Source: Centroscyllium fabricii
Taxonomy: Eukaryota
Direction: 5' to 3'
Assembly (NCBI GenBank): GCA_051313645.2
Contig: JBNRSN020000006.1
Location: forward strand, 78,058,001-78,122,000
DNA: 64,000 bases
Below are positions 23,989 to 36,560 of this stretch, in pieces. Position 1 is the stretch's first letter; each line of letters opens with the position of its first letter. A program made the position numbers and the translations under genes. The notes below the pieces were generated by a model, which saw nothing but the letters and a program-made list of their open reading frames with translations, did no database searches and had not been told where the DNA came from.

Positions 23989-25215
23989 ACATAGGAACAT
24001 AGAAGATAGGAGCAGGAGTAGGTCTTTCGGCCCCTCGAGCCTGCCCTGCCATTCAATGAGATCATGGCTGATCATCCAAATTCAGGACCCTGTCCCTTCC
24101 TTCTCCCCATATCCCTTGATCCCTTTAGCCTTAAGAAATATATCTAACTCCTTCTTGAATATATTTACTGAATTGGCCTCAACTGCCTTCTGCGGTAGAG
24201 AATTCCACAGGTTCACCACTCTCTGGGTGAAGAAATTCCTCTTCATTTCTATCCTAAATGGCTTACCCCTTATCTTTAGACTGTGACTGCTGGTTCTGGA
24301 CTCCCCTGCCATCAGGACCATCCTTCCTGCATGTAATCTGTCTAGTCCTGTTAGAATTTTATAAGTTTCAGTGAGCGGCATGGTGGCATAGTGGTTAGCA
24401 CTGTTGTTTACAGCACTAGAGACCCGGGTTCAAATCCAACCTCGGATACTATCTGTGTGGAGTTTGCACATTCTCCCCGTGTCTGCGTGGGTTTCCTCCG
24501 GGTGCTCCGGTTTCCTCCCACAGTCCAAAGATGTGCGGGTTAGGTTGATTGGCCATGATAAATTGACCCTTAATGTTAGGGGGATTGAATATGTGGGGTT
24601 ACAGGGATAGGGTGGGATATGTGTCGGTGCAGGCTCGATAGGGATCGAGGGATATGGGGACAAGGCAGGGACAGGGTACTGGGTTTGGATGATCAGCCAT
24701 GATCTCATTGAATGGTGGAGCAGGCTCGAAGGGCCGAATGGCCTACTCCTGCTCCTATCTTCTATGTTTCTAGATCCCCTCTCATTCTTCTAAACTCCAG
24801 TGAGTATAAGCCCAATCTCTCCTCCTCATACATTATTCCTGCCATCCCAGGTATCAGTCTGGTGAATCTTCGCTGCACTCCTTCCATGGCAAGAACATCC
24901 TTCCTCGGATAAGGCGACCAAAATTGCACACAATACGGAAGGTGTGGTCTCACCAAGGCCCTGTACAACTGCAGCAAAACATCCTTGCTCCTGTATTCTA
25001 ATCCTTTCGCTATGAAGGCCAACATACCATTTGCCTTCTTAATGGCCTTCTGCACCTGCATGCTTACCTTCAGCGACTGGTTCACAGGGACCCCCAGGTC
25101 TTGTTGCACTCCCCCTTCTCCCAATCTATTGCCATTCAGATAATCTGCCTTCCTGTTTTTGCCACCAAAGTGGCTAACCTCACATCAATCCACATTATAC
25201 TGTATCTGCCATGCA
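23989..25215 (-). mobile_element. CR1 3' fragment interrupted by an HE1-like SINE A (24375-24770, +)
   Basis: RPHLPYCVQFWSP, VVNLWNSLP, CR1 tail; the SINE head and V-domain lie inside. Confidence 0.88.
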
Positions 25216-25344
25216 CACACAGTTGCATTCTAGAATATGTTCTCCTGCAGTCTGTCCATACATATCCAGCTCTCACTGTGCCTTAAAATACAGTAATGTA
25301 TTTCTCATTAACTGCTTGTTGAAGTAAACCGTTTTACTGTATGC

Positions 25345-26045
25345 AGAAAGAATTTGCATTGAAGTGCAGTCACTGTTGTACTTTAGGGAAATGCGGCAGC
25401 CAATTTGCATACAGCAAGGTCCCACAAACCACAACCAGGTAATCCATTTTAGTGATATTGGTTGAGGGATTCATTGGCAGGATAGGCACACCAACGTCAA
25501 TGTTCTTGCTCAGGCCAACATCCCCAGCATCGAAGCTTTGACCACGCGCAGTCAGCTCCGATGGACAGGTCACATTGTCCGCATACCCGATATGAGACTC
25601 CCAAAACAAGCGCTCTACTTGGAGCTCCGGCACGGCAAGAGAGCCCCAGGTGAAAGAGGAAACGCTTCAAGGACACCCTCAAAGCCTCCTTGAAAAAGTG
25701 TAACATCCCCATCGACACCTGGGAATCTGTGGCCCAAGAGCGAACAAAGTGGAGGAGAAGCATCCGGGAATGCGCCGAACACCTCGAGTCTCTTCGCTGG
25801 GAGCAAGCAGAAGCCAAGCGCAGGCAGCACAAGGAGCGCACATCAACCTAAGCACCCCACCCACCCGACCCTTCAACCACCGTCTGCCCCACCTGTGACA
25901 GAGACTGTAGGTCTCTCATTGGACTCCTCAGTCACCTGCGAACTCATTTTTAATGTGGAAGCAAGTCATCCTCGGTTCTGAGGGACTGCCTAAGAAAAAG
26001 GCGAAGAAGAATGTTCGCCAGGACACTGGGGAGAACTCCCCTTCG
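25345..26045 (-). mobile_element. Deu-domain (SacSINE1/AmnSINE-like) SINE remnant split by an RTE insertion
   Basis: gaagtgcagtcactgttgta...gcagccaatttgcatacagcaag and caggacactggggagaactccc resemble the recalled DeuSINE core. Confidence 0.55.
25488..26010 (+). mobile_element. RTE-clade LINE 3' fragment
   Basis: QLRWTGHIVRIPDMRLPKQ, KRFKDTLKASLKKC, CPTCDRDC and an aag-rich tail. Confidence 0.87.
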
Positions 26046-26224
26046 GATTGTGCATAAGATCTGATATTGTACAGGAAACTCTCTCTTTTAACCAGCACCT
26101 AAATATCCGGAAATCTCTCCTAACCAGCAAAATTCAGGAGTGGGTTCAGGCAAGTTTTACTTTCTATTAGTGGCCATGTAACCGGGGTTCCTGGATCTGT
26201 GGCCGTGTAACCAGGGCTCCTGCA

Positions 26225-28900
26225 TAGAGTCATAGATTTATACAGCACAGAAAGAGGCCATTCGGCGCATCGCGTCCGCACTGGCCATCAAGCCCTGTCT
26301 ATTCTAATCCCATTTTCTTGCATTTGGTCCGTAGCCTTGTCTGCGATGGCATTTCAGGTGCTCATCTAAATGCTTCTTGAATGTTGTGAGGGTTCCTGCC
26401 TCCACCACCCTTTCAGGCAGTGAATTTCAGATTTCAACCACCCTCTGGGTGAAAAAGTTCTTCCTCAAATCCCCTCTAAACCTCCTGCCCCTTACCTTGA
26501 CACTATGCCCCCTCGTTATTGACCCCTCTACTAAGGGAAAAAGTTCCTTTCTATCTCCCCTATCTATGCACCTCATAATTTTGTGCACCTCAATCAGGTC
26601 CCCCCTCTGCCTTCTCTGTTCCAAGGAAAACAACCCTAGCTTATTCAGTCTTTCTTCATAGCTGAAGTGCTCCATCCCAGGTAACATACTGGTGAATCTC
26701 CTCTGCACCCTCTCCCTCTCCAAAGCAATCGCATCCTTCCTATAGTGTGGCAACCAGAAATGCACACAGTACTCCAGCTGTGACCTTACCAGCATTTTGT
26801 ACAGCTCCATCATGACCTCCCTGCTCTTGCCTTCATTAGCCGAGGCAGAGAATATAAGTATCCCATATGCCTTTTTGAACTACCTTATTCACCTGTCCTG
26901 CTGCCTTCAGGTACATGCACACCAAGGTCCCTCTGATCCTCTGTCTTTCCTAGGGTCTTACCATTCATTGTGCATTCCCTTGCCTTGTTAGTCACCTCAC
27001 ACATTTCAGGATTAAATTCCATTTGCCACTGTTACGCCCATCTGACCAACCCATCTATATCGTCCTGCAGACTGAGGCTTCCCTCCTTGCTATTTATCAC
27101 CCCACCAATTTTATGTCATCTGCAAACTTACTGATCATACCTTTTTACATTCATATCCAAATCATTAATGTAGACTACAAGCAGCAAGGGACCCAGCACC
27201 AATCCCTGCGGTACCCCACTGGACACCGGCTTCCAGTCACAAAAACAACCTTCGACCATCACCCTCTGCCTTCTGCCACTAAACCAGTTTTGGATCCAAT
27301 GTGCCAAGGTGCCCTGGATCCCATAGGCTCTTACCTTCTTGACCAGTCTCCTATGCGGGACTTTATCAAAAGCCTTACTGAAATCCATGTATACCACATC
27401 CACTGCACTACCCTCATCCACACACTTAGTCACCCCCTTGAAAAATTCAATCAAGTTGGTCAGACATGATCGTCCCTTGACAAAGCCATGCTGACTATCC
27501 TTGATTAATCCTTGTATCTCCAAGTGGAGATTAATTCTGTCCCTTAGAATTTTTCCAGTAATTTCCCTACCACTGATGTTAGGCTCACTGGCCTGTAATT
27601 TCCTGGTTTATCCCTGCTACCCTTCTGGAATAATGGTACAACGTTAGACTGTTCTCTAGTCCTCTGGCACATCCCCTGTGGCCAGAGAGGGTCTGAAAAT
27701 TTGTAGCAGAGCCCCTGCAATCTCTTCCTTTGCCTCACAGCAGCCTGGGATACATCTTTTCCGGGCCTGGGGATTTATCCACTTTTAAGCCTGCTAAAAC
27801 CGCTAGTACCTCCTCCCTCTAAATGCTAATATGTTCAAATATTTCACAGTCCCCCTGCCTGATTTCTATGTCTACATCATCCTTCTCCATAGTGAACACC
27901 GATGCAAAAAATTCATTTAAAACCCCACCTACATTTTCTGGCTCTGCACACAGATTGCCACTTTGGTCCCGAATGGACCCTACTCTTTCCCTAGTTATCC
28001 TCTTGCCCTTAATATTCTTAGAAAACACCTTAGGATTTTCCTTTATTTTGCTCACCAGTGTTATTTCATGGTCCCTCCTCGCTCTCCTAATTTCCTTTTT
28101 AAGTACCACCCTGCACTTTTTATACTCCTCTTGGGCTTCCTCTGTCTTTAGTCCATTGTATCTGCCAAAAGCCCCCCTTTTTTTCCTAATCCATTCTCGT
28201 ATATCGCTTGACGACACGGTGGCGCAGTGGTTAGCACTGCTGCCTCGCATTAAGGAGCTCCTGGGTTCGAATCCTGCTTGGCCCGGAACCTCTCTGTGTG
28301 GAATTTGCATGTTCTCCCCGTGTTCGTGTGGGTTTCCTCCGGGTACTCCGGTTTCCTCCCACCACCCAAAGACATGCAGGTTAGGTGAATTGGAGATCGT
28401 AAAAATTGCCCATGAGTATGTGTGTGAGATAAAGTTCTTAGAGTTGGAGGGGATATGGGTAGGAGGGGGGTGCTGGGTTTGGATGATCAGCCATGATCTC
28501 CTCAAAATGGCGGAGCAGGCTCAAAGGGCCAAATGGCCTACTCCTGCTCCTATCTCCTGTGTTTCTGACATCCAAGGTTCCCTGGGCTTGTTGGTCCCAC
28601 CCTTGACCTTTTTGTGCGGGTTAGGTTGATTGGCCAGGATAAATTGACCCTTAGTGTTAGTGTTAGGGGGGATTGAATATGTGGGGTTAAGGGGATCGGG
28701 TGGGATATGTGTCAGTGCAGGCTCGATAGGTATATGGGGATATAGGGACAGGGTATGGGTTTGGATGATCAGCCATGATCTCGTTGAATGGCGGAGCAGG
28801 CTCGAAGGGCCGAATGGCCTACTCCTGCTCCTAGTTTCTATGTTTCTATGTTGCAATTGTACTCGCTCAATTTCCTTTCTGAAAGACTCTATTGTGGATT
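26225..28900 (-). mobile_element. Decayed CR1 with SINE B (28211-28567, +) and a 5'-truncated SINE A (28613-28851, +)
   Basis: QHGFVKGRSCLTNL, YMDFSKAFDKVPH, QLEYCVHFW, IKENPKVF; SINE motifs as in other copies. Confidence 0.87.
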
Positions 28901-28902
28901 TT

Positions 28903-30880
28903 ATGCCTTTGAGAGCCGTTTCAGTACTGTGGCAAGAGCGGAAACCTGATTGGAGGGATTCAAACATGGAATTGCGGGAAAGATGGGCATGGATTTGGGA
29001 GGCAGCAACATGTTCAAGTTCTTTGGAGAGGAAAGGGAGGTTGGAGATGAGGCGGTTCTTTGCAAGGACGGAGGGATCAAGGTTTTTTACTTTTTTAGGA
29101 GGGGGTGATGACAGCAGATTTGATGGAGAGGGGGACAGTACCTGAGGAGAGAGAACAGTTAACAATATCGGCTAACATGGGAGCCAGAAAAGGAAGTTGG
29201 GTGGTCAGCAGTTTGGTGGCAATAGGATTGAGGGAGCAGGAGATGGGTCTCATGGACAAGATGAGTGCAGAGAGGTCATGAGGGGAGATTAGAAGAGAAA
29301 CTGGAGAAAGATGTGAGTTCAGGGCTAGGGCAGGTGGGAACTGTAGAGGAAATTTCGCCTGGTGGGCTAGGGGAAGGAAGGGAAGTGGCAGAGGCAGCTG
29401 AACCGATGGTCTCAATCTCGGAGACAAAGAAGTCCATGAGCTCCTCACATTTATTATCGGAGGTGAGGGTGGAGGAGAGGGGTTTAAGAAGATGGTTAGC
29501 AGTAGAGAATAGGAGTTGGGATTTATCTTTGCATTCCAGAATGATTCTGGGATAGTGAGCAATTTTGGCAGATGAGAGCAGGGCCCGATAGTGCTTTATG
29601 TGATCCAGCCAGATCTGGTGGTGAAAGGCTAAAACAGTTGTCCACCATATCCGTTCGAGTCTGCGTTCCTTGGACCTAAGGGAGCGAAGATGAGGGTCAT
29701 GCCAGGGCGAACGGCCAGGGTGAGAGAGGGTAATTGTTTTAATGGGGACTAGGGCATCAAAGATAGTGGTGAGGGTGTGGTTGAGCAGATTGGTAGCTGC
29801 AGAAATATCATGGTGAATGGAGGGCCAAAGGCTGGACAGTTGGGATTTCATAAGTGCAGTTGCAAGAGAGTTGGGAGAGAGTTTTTCTAGTGGCGGACAC
29901 ATGAGGAATTAGGATTGGGAGCAGTGGGTGGGAGGGGGATGTGGGTGGAGAGCGATATGAGGAAATGGTCAGAGATGGCCTTACCTGCAATTGACATGAT
30001 GGGAGTAGCGAGGCCTCAAGAGATGTCAAGGTTGAGGATTGGCCGTGAATATGGGTTGGGGAGTTTACATGGAGGGAGAGATTAAGGGAGGATAGGAGGG
30101 CAGTGAACTCGGAGGAGAGAGAGCATGATGAATTGAGATGGAAGTTGAAATCACTGAAGATGAGACGTCGTTCGGTGCAGAGGCTGAGGGAGGAGAACAA
30201 TGAAGATATCTCGGTAATAACATTTATATGGTATTTGGGTGGGCAGTACAGAACAAGAATTTTAAGTGAATGGCGGAATAAGGTGAGATGCTGAAAGGAG
30301 GAGAAAGTGCCAGAGGAGTAGGGGGACAGACCAAGGTGTGATTTGATGTTGAGAGCCACACCGCCACCACGGCGGTCTGAGCGAGGCAAGTGGTGGAAGG
30401 TATAGCCAGGCGGGGACGCTTCATTTAAGGGTAAGGTGTCATCACCCCTCAACCAAGTTTCTGTCCGGGCCATGATGTCGATGCAGTCATCCACAATAAG
30501 GTCATGGATGGCAAGAGCCTTGTTCGCAAGTGAACGGACATTCTGGAGAGAGATGCGGAGAGGGTCGGTGATGGCTGCCCTACTGCCAGCATCCACAGGG
30601 TCAGGGATGGGGAGGAGATTGACAAGATTTGCCCCCAGTGGGCACCCTGGGCAGGAATATCAGTGAGAGTAGGATGGGAGAGTTGGGGTTGCTGCTCGTA
30701 AGGTGGCAGCGATGAGTGCCTCAATGGGCCCATTCATAGGATGCCAAGAGAGGCACAGAGAGAAGATGTGGGCTTATCTAAGGGGGCGTGTAGCCTGGGA
30801 CGATGGCAGGAGTGTAGGAAGGTCGAAGAGTAATGAAGGATTGGGGTAGGGATTTGGGAGGGCAGTGTATCCAAGAGAGG
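28903..30880 (-). mobile_element. L2 LINE ORF2 N-terminal half (APE and linker), decayed
   Basis: LQNVRSL, TETWL, GGGVAL, SDFNFH, ISNLPFLSKELE, QSGFRSCHSTETAL. Confidence 0.85.
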
Positions 30881-30896
30881 AGAGATTAAAGGAGGC

Positions 30897-32388
30897 ATGA
30901 TGACTTATCCAAGTTTGCCGACGATACTAAGATGGGAGGGAAAGCAGTGAGTGAGGAGGACAGAAAAAACCTGCAAAGGGACATAGACAGGCTAGGTGAG
31001 TGGGCAAAGATTTGGCAGATGGAATATAATGTTGGAAAGTGTGAGGCTATGCACTTTGGCAAAAAAAATTAAAGAGCAAATTATTATCTGAATGGAGAGA
31101 AACTTCAAAGTGCTGCAGTACAAAGGAAACTGGGGGTCATGGTGCATGAAACACAGAAGGTTAGTATACAGGTACAGCAGGTGATCTGGAAGGCCAATAG
31201 AATCTTGGCCTTTATTGCAAGGGGGGTGGAGTATAAAAACAGGGAAGTCCTGCTGCAGTTATACAGGGTATTGGTGAGACCACATCTGGAATACTGTGTA
31301 CAGTTTTGATTTCCAGATTTGAGGAAGGATATAATTGCTCTCGAGGCAGTTCAGAGAAGATTCACTCGGTTGATTCCGGAGATGAGGGGGTTGACTTATG
31401 AGGAAAGGTTGAGTAGGTTGGGCCTCTACTCATTGGATGACACGGTGGTGCAGTGGTTAGCACTGTTGCCTCGCAATAAGGAGCTCCTGGGTTCGAATCC
31501 TGCTTGGCCCGGGACACCTCTGCGTGGAGTTTGCATGTTCTCCCCGTGTTCCTGTGGGTTTCCTCCGGGTACTCCGGTTTCCTCCCACCACCCAAAGACG
31601 TGCAGGTTAGGTGAATTGGAGATACTAAAAATTGCTCATGAGTATGTGTGTGAGATATAATTCTTAGAGTTGGGGGTGTCAGGGGATATGGGGAGAGGGT
31701 AGGAGGCGGGTGCTGGGTTTGGATGATCAGCCATGATCTCATCAAAAATGGCAGAGCAGGCTCTAATGGCCTACTCCTACTCCTATCTTCTGTGTTTCTG
31801 TGGAGTTCAGAAGAATGAGAGGCGATCTTATCGAAACATATAAGATTGTGAAGGGGCTTGATTGGGTGGATGTGGAGATGATGTTTCCACTGATGGGTGA
31901 GACTAGAACTAGGGGGCATAATCTGAGAATAAGGGGCTGCCCTTTCAAAACTGAGATGAGAAGAAACTTCTTCACTCAGAGGGTGGTAGATCTGTGGAAT
32001 TTGCTGCCCCAGAGAGCTGTGGAAGCTGGGACATTAAATACATTTAAAACAGAGATAGACAGTTTCTTGGAAGTAAAGGGAATTAGGGGCTATGGTGAGC
32101 GGGCAGGTAAGTGGACGTGAGGCTAGGTTCAGATCGGCAATGTAATCTCCTGGACAAGTTTTGATCGCCCAGATGGGTTAGAGAGGAATTTCCCAGATTT
32201 TTTCTCCCAAATTGGCCACTGGGATTTTATTTGGTTTTTCGCCTCTCCCGGGTGATCATGGGCTTGGGCGGGATGGAGAGTAAAAGTAGATTTGAGGTTA
32301 GGATCAGATCAGCCATGATCTTGTTGAATGGCGGAGCAGGCTCGAGGGGCCGATTGGCCTACTCCTGCTCCTATTTCTTGTTATTATG
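30897..32388 (+). mobile_element. CR1 3' fragment with composite 3' UTR, interrupted by SINE B (31438-31800)
   Basis: [21 protein letters not shown] flanked by TGGA repeats. UTR matches 13610-13900. Confidence 0.9.
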
Positions 32389-32883
32389 ACGGGAGAGTGC
32401 TTTCAGGGAGGGATAGAGAGAAAAAGAAAATAGGGGGGGAAAGTGGAATGGCTCAGGTCCGGAGCAGCAGCCAAAGTGCGCACGCGAATGGACACGGGAA
32501 AAGCTCAGGTTACATAGGCCTGTTTAAATGTAATAATTAATGGAATACATATTTCCTGGTAGTGGGGAATAGGTTGGGGACAACAGTAGGAAGACCAGGG
32601 TCAAAGTCATGGGTCCCATGCAAGTACAAGCCGACATGCGCAGGATGGGGCCGGTACAAACCGCTGTCCAAAGCAGGTGAGTGAAGTTCAAAGGTTTAAT
32701 AGAGGTGCTCAACATCAAGAAGTGTTTTGATGGAGTAAATGAGAAGAAACTGTTTCCAGTGACAGAAGGGTCGGTAACGAGGTGCACAGTTTGAAGGTAA
32801 TTGGTAAAAGAACCAGAGGGGAGATGAGAATTTTTTTTACGCAGCGAGTTTATGATCTGCAAATGCACTGCCTGAAAGGGTGG

Positions 32884-33149
32884 TGATGTAATAAAGACTT
32901 ACAAAGCTTTTAGTGAACATAAAGCAAGGCTTTATTCAACTTATAACATAACATAAAGACAGAGAGCTAGCTCACAGTCACTAGCCTCCTGGTTCTAGAG
33001 TGTCTCTGTTTAAACTGGTGCTTAGGCCCCAGTATTTATACTCCCTGGTCAGGTGCCCTCAGCTGGCCGACCAGTAACTGTTCCGAGGTTATTTGGAAGT
33101 CCAACCAGTAACTCTTCCTAGGTTATTTAGGCAGTCGTGTTTTGCGACA
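32884..33149 (-). mobile_element. Solo LTR (266 bp) inside an old CR1 tail (about 32680-33325)
   Basis: TG...CA ends and 5-bp TSD GGTGG (32879-32883, 33150-33154). TATAAATA and AATAAA on the - strand. Internal direct repeat accagtaact..ggttattt. Confidence 0.8.
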
Positions 33150-34837
33150 GGTGGCACAAGCAGATTCAGTAAAATAGTTTAAAAGGGACTTGTATAAATA
33201 CTTGAAAGGAAGAAATTTGTCGGGCTGTGGGGAAAGAGCAGGGGAATGGGACTAATTGGACAGCTCTTTCAAAGAGCCAGCACAGGCACGATGGGCAGAA
33301 TGGCCTCCTTTTGTGTTCTATGATACCTGCCCTTGATTGGGGCTCGGATATATCAAGAAAACAAATGATAGTTGAGCATGTAAGGAACCTGCGAACAAAC
33401 AAACAAGGCAGTATGAAAACTATCAAATCAGGGAGGAGAAAGGGAACCAATAAATTCACTCCCAAGTATTTTTGAAAAAGCTTTTGGTTGCCATCTACTT
33501 TTGTCAGTATTAAAAATATAGTTTGTAACATAAACCCAAAAAAGCTTAAACAATTCATAAAATGATCTGCACCCTTTTGAAAATCCAGTTAACCAGTTTT
33601 GGGCCTCCGGGGACTACTCTCTCGGGAGCCTGGGACTTGAGTTCTGTTCCTTTCTGGAGTTTCCTTTGTTCAGCTTTCCTTCCTGCCGGTATTTTTTTGT
33701 GTTTCAATGCATGTTGTGACAAGTGAAATTTTGCTATTTTTAATGTTTGCCAATTCTGTAATCTATTATAAATGGTTAGAGCAGCTGTATTCTTTTCGTA
33801 TTTGATAGTGAAGTCAAAGACAATAGAAAACAAAGATTAATAGAAGTGGAAAATTCTGGAAGGACTGTACCATTATTCAGGTTTGAATAAAAATCCTAAT
33901 TTTAAATCTTTATTTAAGCAGAACATTTTAGTAAGTCTGTCTTGCTGCCGAGATATTTGTTGAAGAGCTATGCAAATTTATTTAATATTTTCTTCGATTT
34001 TATAATTGTTGGTCCATCCAATTTTAAAAACCCACTCGCTAAAAAGATAGGACAGTCTGCCTGTTTAATATTCTAGGTAAGGAGCAGCTAAGATTAGTCT
34101 CCCTTAGAAAAATCATTCGTAATATTTCTGTTAACCAATTATTTTATACACTAACCATGAAAATGTTCAAAAGAAGGACTTGTCAAGCTGACTGGCTTGC
34201 CTTGGTGAGACACCATTGTATGCATAAACCAAACTCAATGCAGCTCGCTCGCCGAAGGCGGAGCTTTGGTTGTAGGAAATCTGAAGTGCCCTTTCTCTCC
34301 CCTGTGGCAAATAAACTTTATTTCAAGTCTTTGCACATGTGTGACCTCGGTGAGCAGCAAGTGTCAGACCTCCAGCTGGCTGTTTCAGCCGTGGTTATTG
34401 AAAACGCTCCGTTTGTTTCCTGGAGCTGGGCCCCAAATCATCCGACTCTGGTCTTGGCATCCACCCGCGAGTAACAGGATGGAGGATTTCTTTGCGTGCC
34501 TATATTAAAAAGCAGTCACCTGAGGATTGTAGTGGTTTGTTGACTGCTCTATTACACTCGGTAGCACAGAGTTACAGGTGTCTGTGCCATACACCCGCAC
34601 AGGCACAATCTGGAATGAGCCAAACTCCATTGGGCAGAACAGACTCTTCTCATGGCTTCCTCTCCCAGTGTTGAATAAGAAGTGAACAAAACGTGTTGAA
34701 ACAAATAGGACTAGGACTGTTTTCAAAATTCATCGCAACCCTTTCATTTGTATCCAGCTTGTCAAATTGCACAAAATTGAATTTGTGATTCCCCATTTAA
34801 TGAATAGAAAACTGGTTTGTGAAAATGAAGTGCAAGC

Positions 34838-34855
34838 ATTGCCATAGCAACCAAT
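34838..34855. promoter_or_regulatory. RFX X-box-like palindrome with overlapping CCAAT
   Basis: ATTGCCATAGCAAC versus consensus GTTGCCATGGCAAC, in a repeat-free island. Motif match only. Confidence 0.3.
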
Positions 34856-35521
34856 GTAGGCCTGCCAAAATACTGCCTGCTGTGACAGATTTCGGTTCAA
34901 TTGTTGAGTTGAGCCTGTATAATGTTGTCGGCTGTTGCACACACTTGCAGTGATTGTTAATATGGAGGAGGGGCACGCAACTGTATAAAGTAAGAGAATA
35001 TTATAACTGCAGTCACGAGCTGGCTGGTCACCACAATTTCCCCTCGGGTGAGTACTTTGCTGCTGCTAAAATCAGACGTGTTGCGCAACCCTTTGGTTAT
35101 TACAGCACAGGAACTATTGTGTTCGCGTAGAATACTTGATCATTTATTTCTTGCATATGTGCTGAAATTGCTTTCCAGATAGTTATTGGGCATCCTTTAA
35201 TCTCATTTCTATTAGATAGATATCTGGTGTCCCTAATCCTTTAATGCCATCTCTTAGATAGTTATCCAGCATCAGCTGCTGCTTCCAGGAGCCTGCTCCC
35301 ACACCCACCACTCTGGGTGGATGGGAAAATCTTTTTCATGTCGTGTACATAGAATCATCATGTCTGTGCTGGCCGAAAAAGAGCTATCCAGCGTAATCGC
35401 ACTTTCCAGCTATTGGTCTTTAGCCCTGTAGGTTACAGCACTTATGTACTTAAGCCGTTTAGTTCTGTATTCATTATCCAGATTAAATAATTTACCTATA
35501 TTTATAATGTTGTCCTATCAT

Positions 35522-36560
35522 TACAACAACAACTTGTATTTATATAGTGCCTTTAACGTAGTAAAACATCTCCAGGCGCTTCACAGGAGTGTTATAAGAC
35601 TAAAAATTTGACACCGAGCCATATATAGGTTGAGCACCGTTAATCCGGTACCCGAAAAACCGGCAGCTTCAGTCGTCCACCAATTTTTTTTCCCAACTGC
35701 CCGGCGCGTGCGCAGACAATTCAAAATGGCCGCCGTCGGGGCTGGGCTTCCCTTTCACCTAATAGATACTCACTGTATCCCGGCTTAGTGACCGCCCCGA
35801 TGCCGATGGTGAATCCCAGGCCCAAAAGATGAGCTGTTGTGCCAGCCGCCGTTCACAGGCCGTGGTACAGCCAAAACTCGACGCCCGGCTCCCCATCGCT
35901 GCCGGAGGCTGCTGCGTGCTGACGTCACTGCGTTCCGAAGCTGGCGTGCGGTGGCGTCACGTGAGCCGGGCTTGAGCCGCGCATTGGGCGTCCGGCCCGC
36001 TGGAACCGTGCAGCCCGCTCGCTGATCCGCCATGGGCCGCAGAATCGAGTGCGTCTTGTGAGTTCCACCCGAACCGTGGGCCGAAAATCACCTTCCTGGT
36101 ACCAGCGGCACATGCGCAGCACATTCAAAATTTTGCGGTGGCTATTTTGAATGCTCTGCGCATGCGCCGCCGAAGCTTCAGTCATTCGACGTTTTCACAA
36201 ATTCGGCAGGGTGCTGGTCCCAACCCTGCCGGATTAACTGTGCTCAACCTGTAAGGAGAAATTAGGGCAGATGACCAAAAGCTTGGTCAAAGGGGTAGGT
36301 TTTAAGGAGCATCTTAAAGGAGGAGAGAGAGGCGGAGAGGTTTAGGGAGGGAATTCCAGAGCTTTGAGCCGAGCCAACAGAAGGCATGACCACCAGTAGT
36401 TGAGCAATTTATAATTAGTGATGCTCAAGAGGGTAGAATATGAGGAGCACAGATATCTCTGGGTGCGGTGGCGGGGGAGGTTGTGGTGCTGGAGGAGATT
36501 ACAGAGATAGCGAGGTCCTGGAGAGGTTTGAAAACAAGGATGAAAATTTTGAAATCGAGA
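35522..36560 (-). mobile_element. L2 3' end interrupted by a MITE
   Basis: acaacaacaacttgtatttatatag tail and DFKIFILVFK, matching 22778-23190. Confidence 0.82.
35626..36251. mobile_element. Tigger/pogo-type MITE
   Basis: TIRs taggttgagcaccgttaatccgg / ccggattaactgtgctcaacctg with TA TSD. Subterminal sequence shared with 16414-16769. Confidence 0.87.

Noticed and set aside
27819-29165. ORFs of 160-270 aa spanning SINE/CR1/L2 junctions
   Set aside because: Chance read-through across fused repeats; the same pseudo-peptides recur at every SINE copy.
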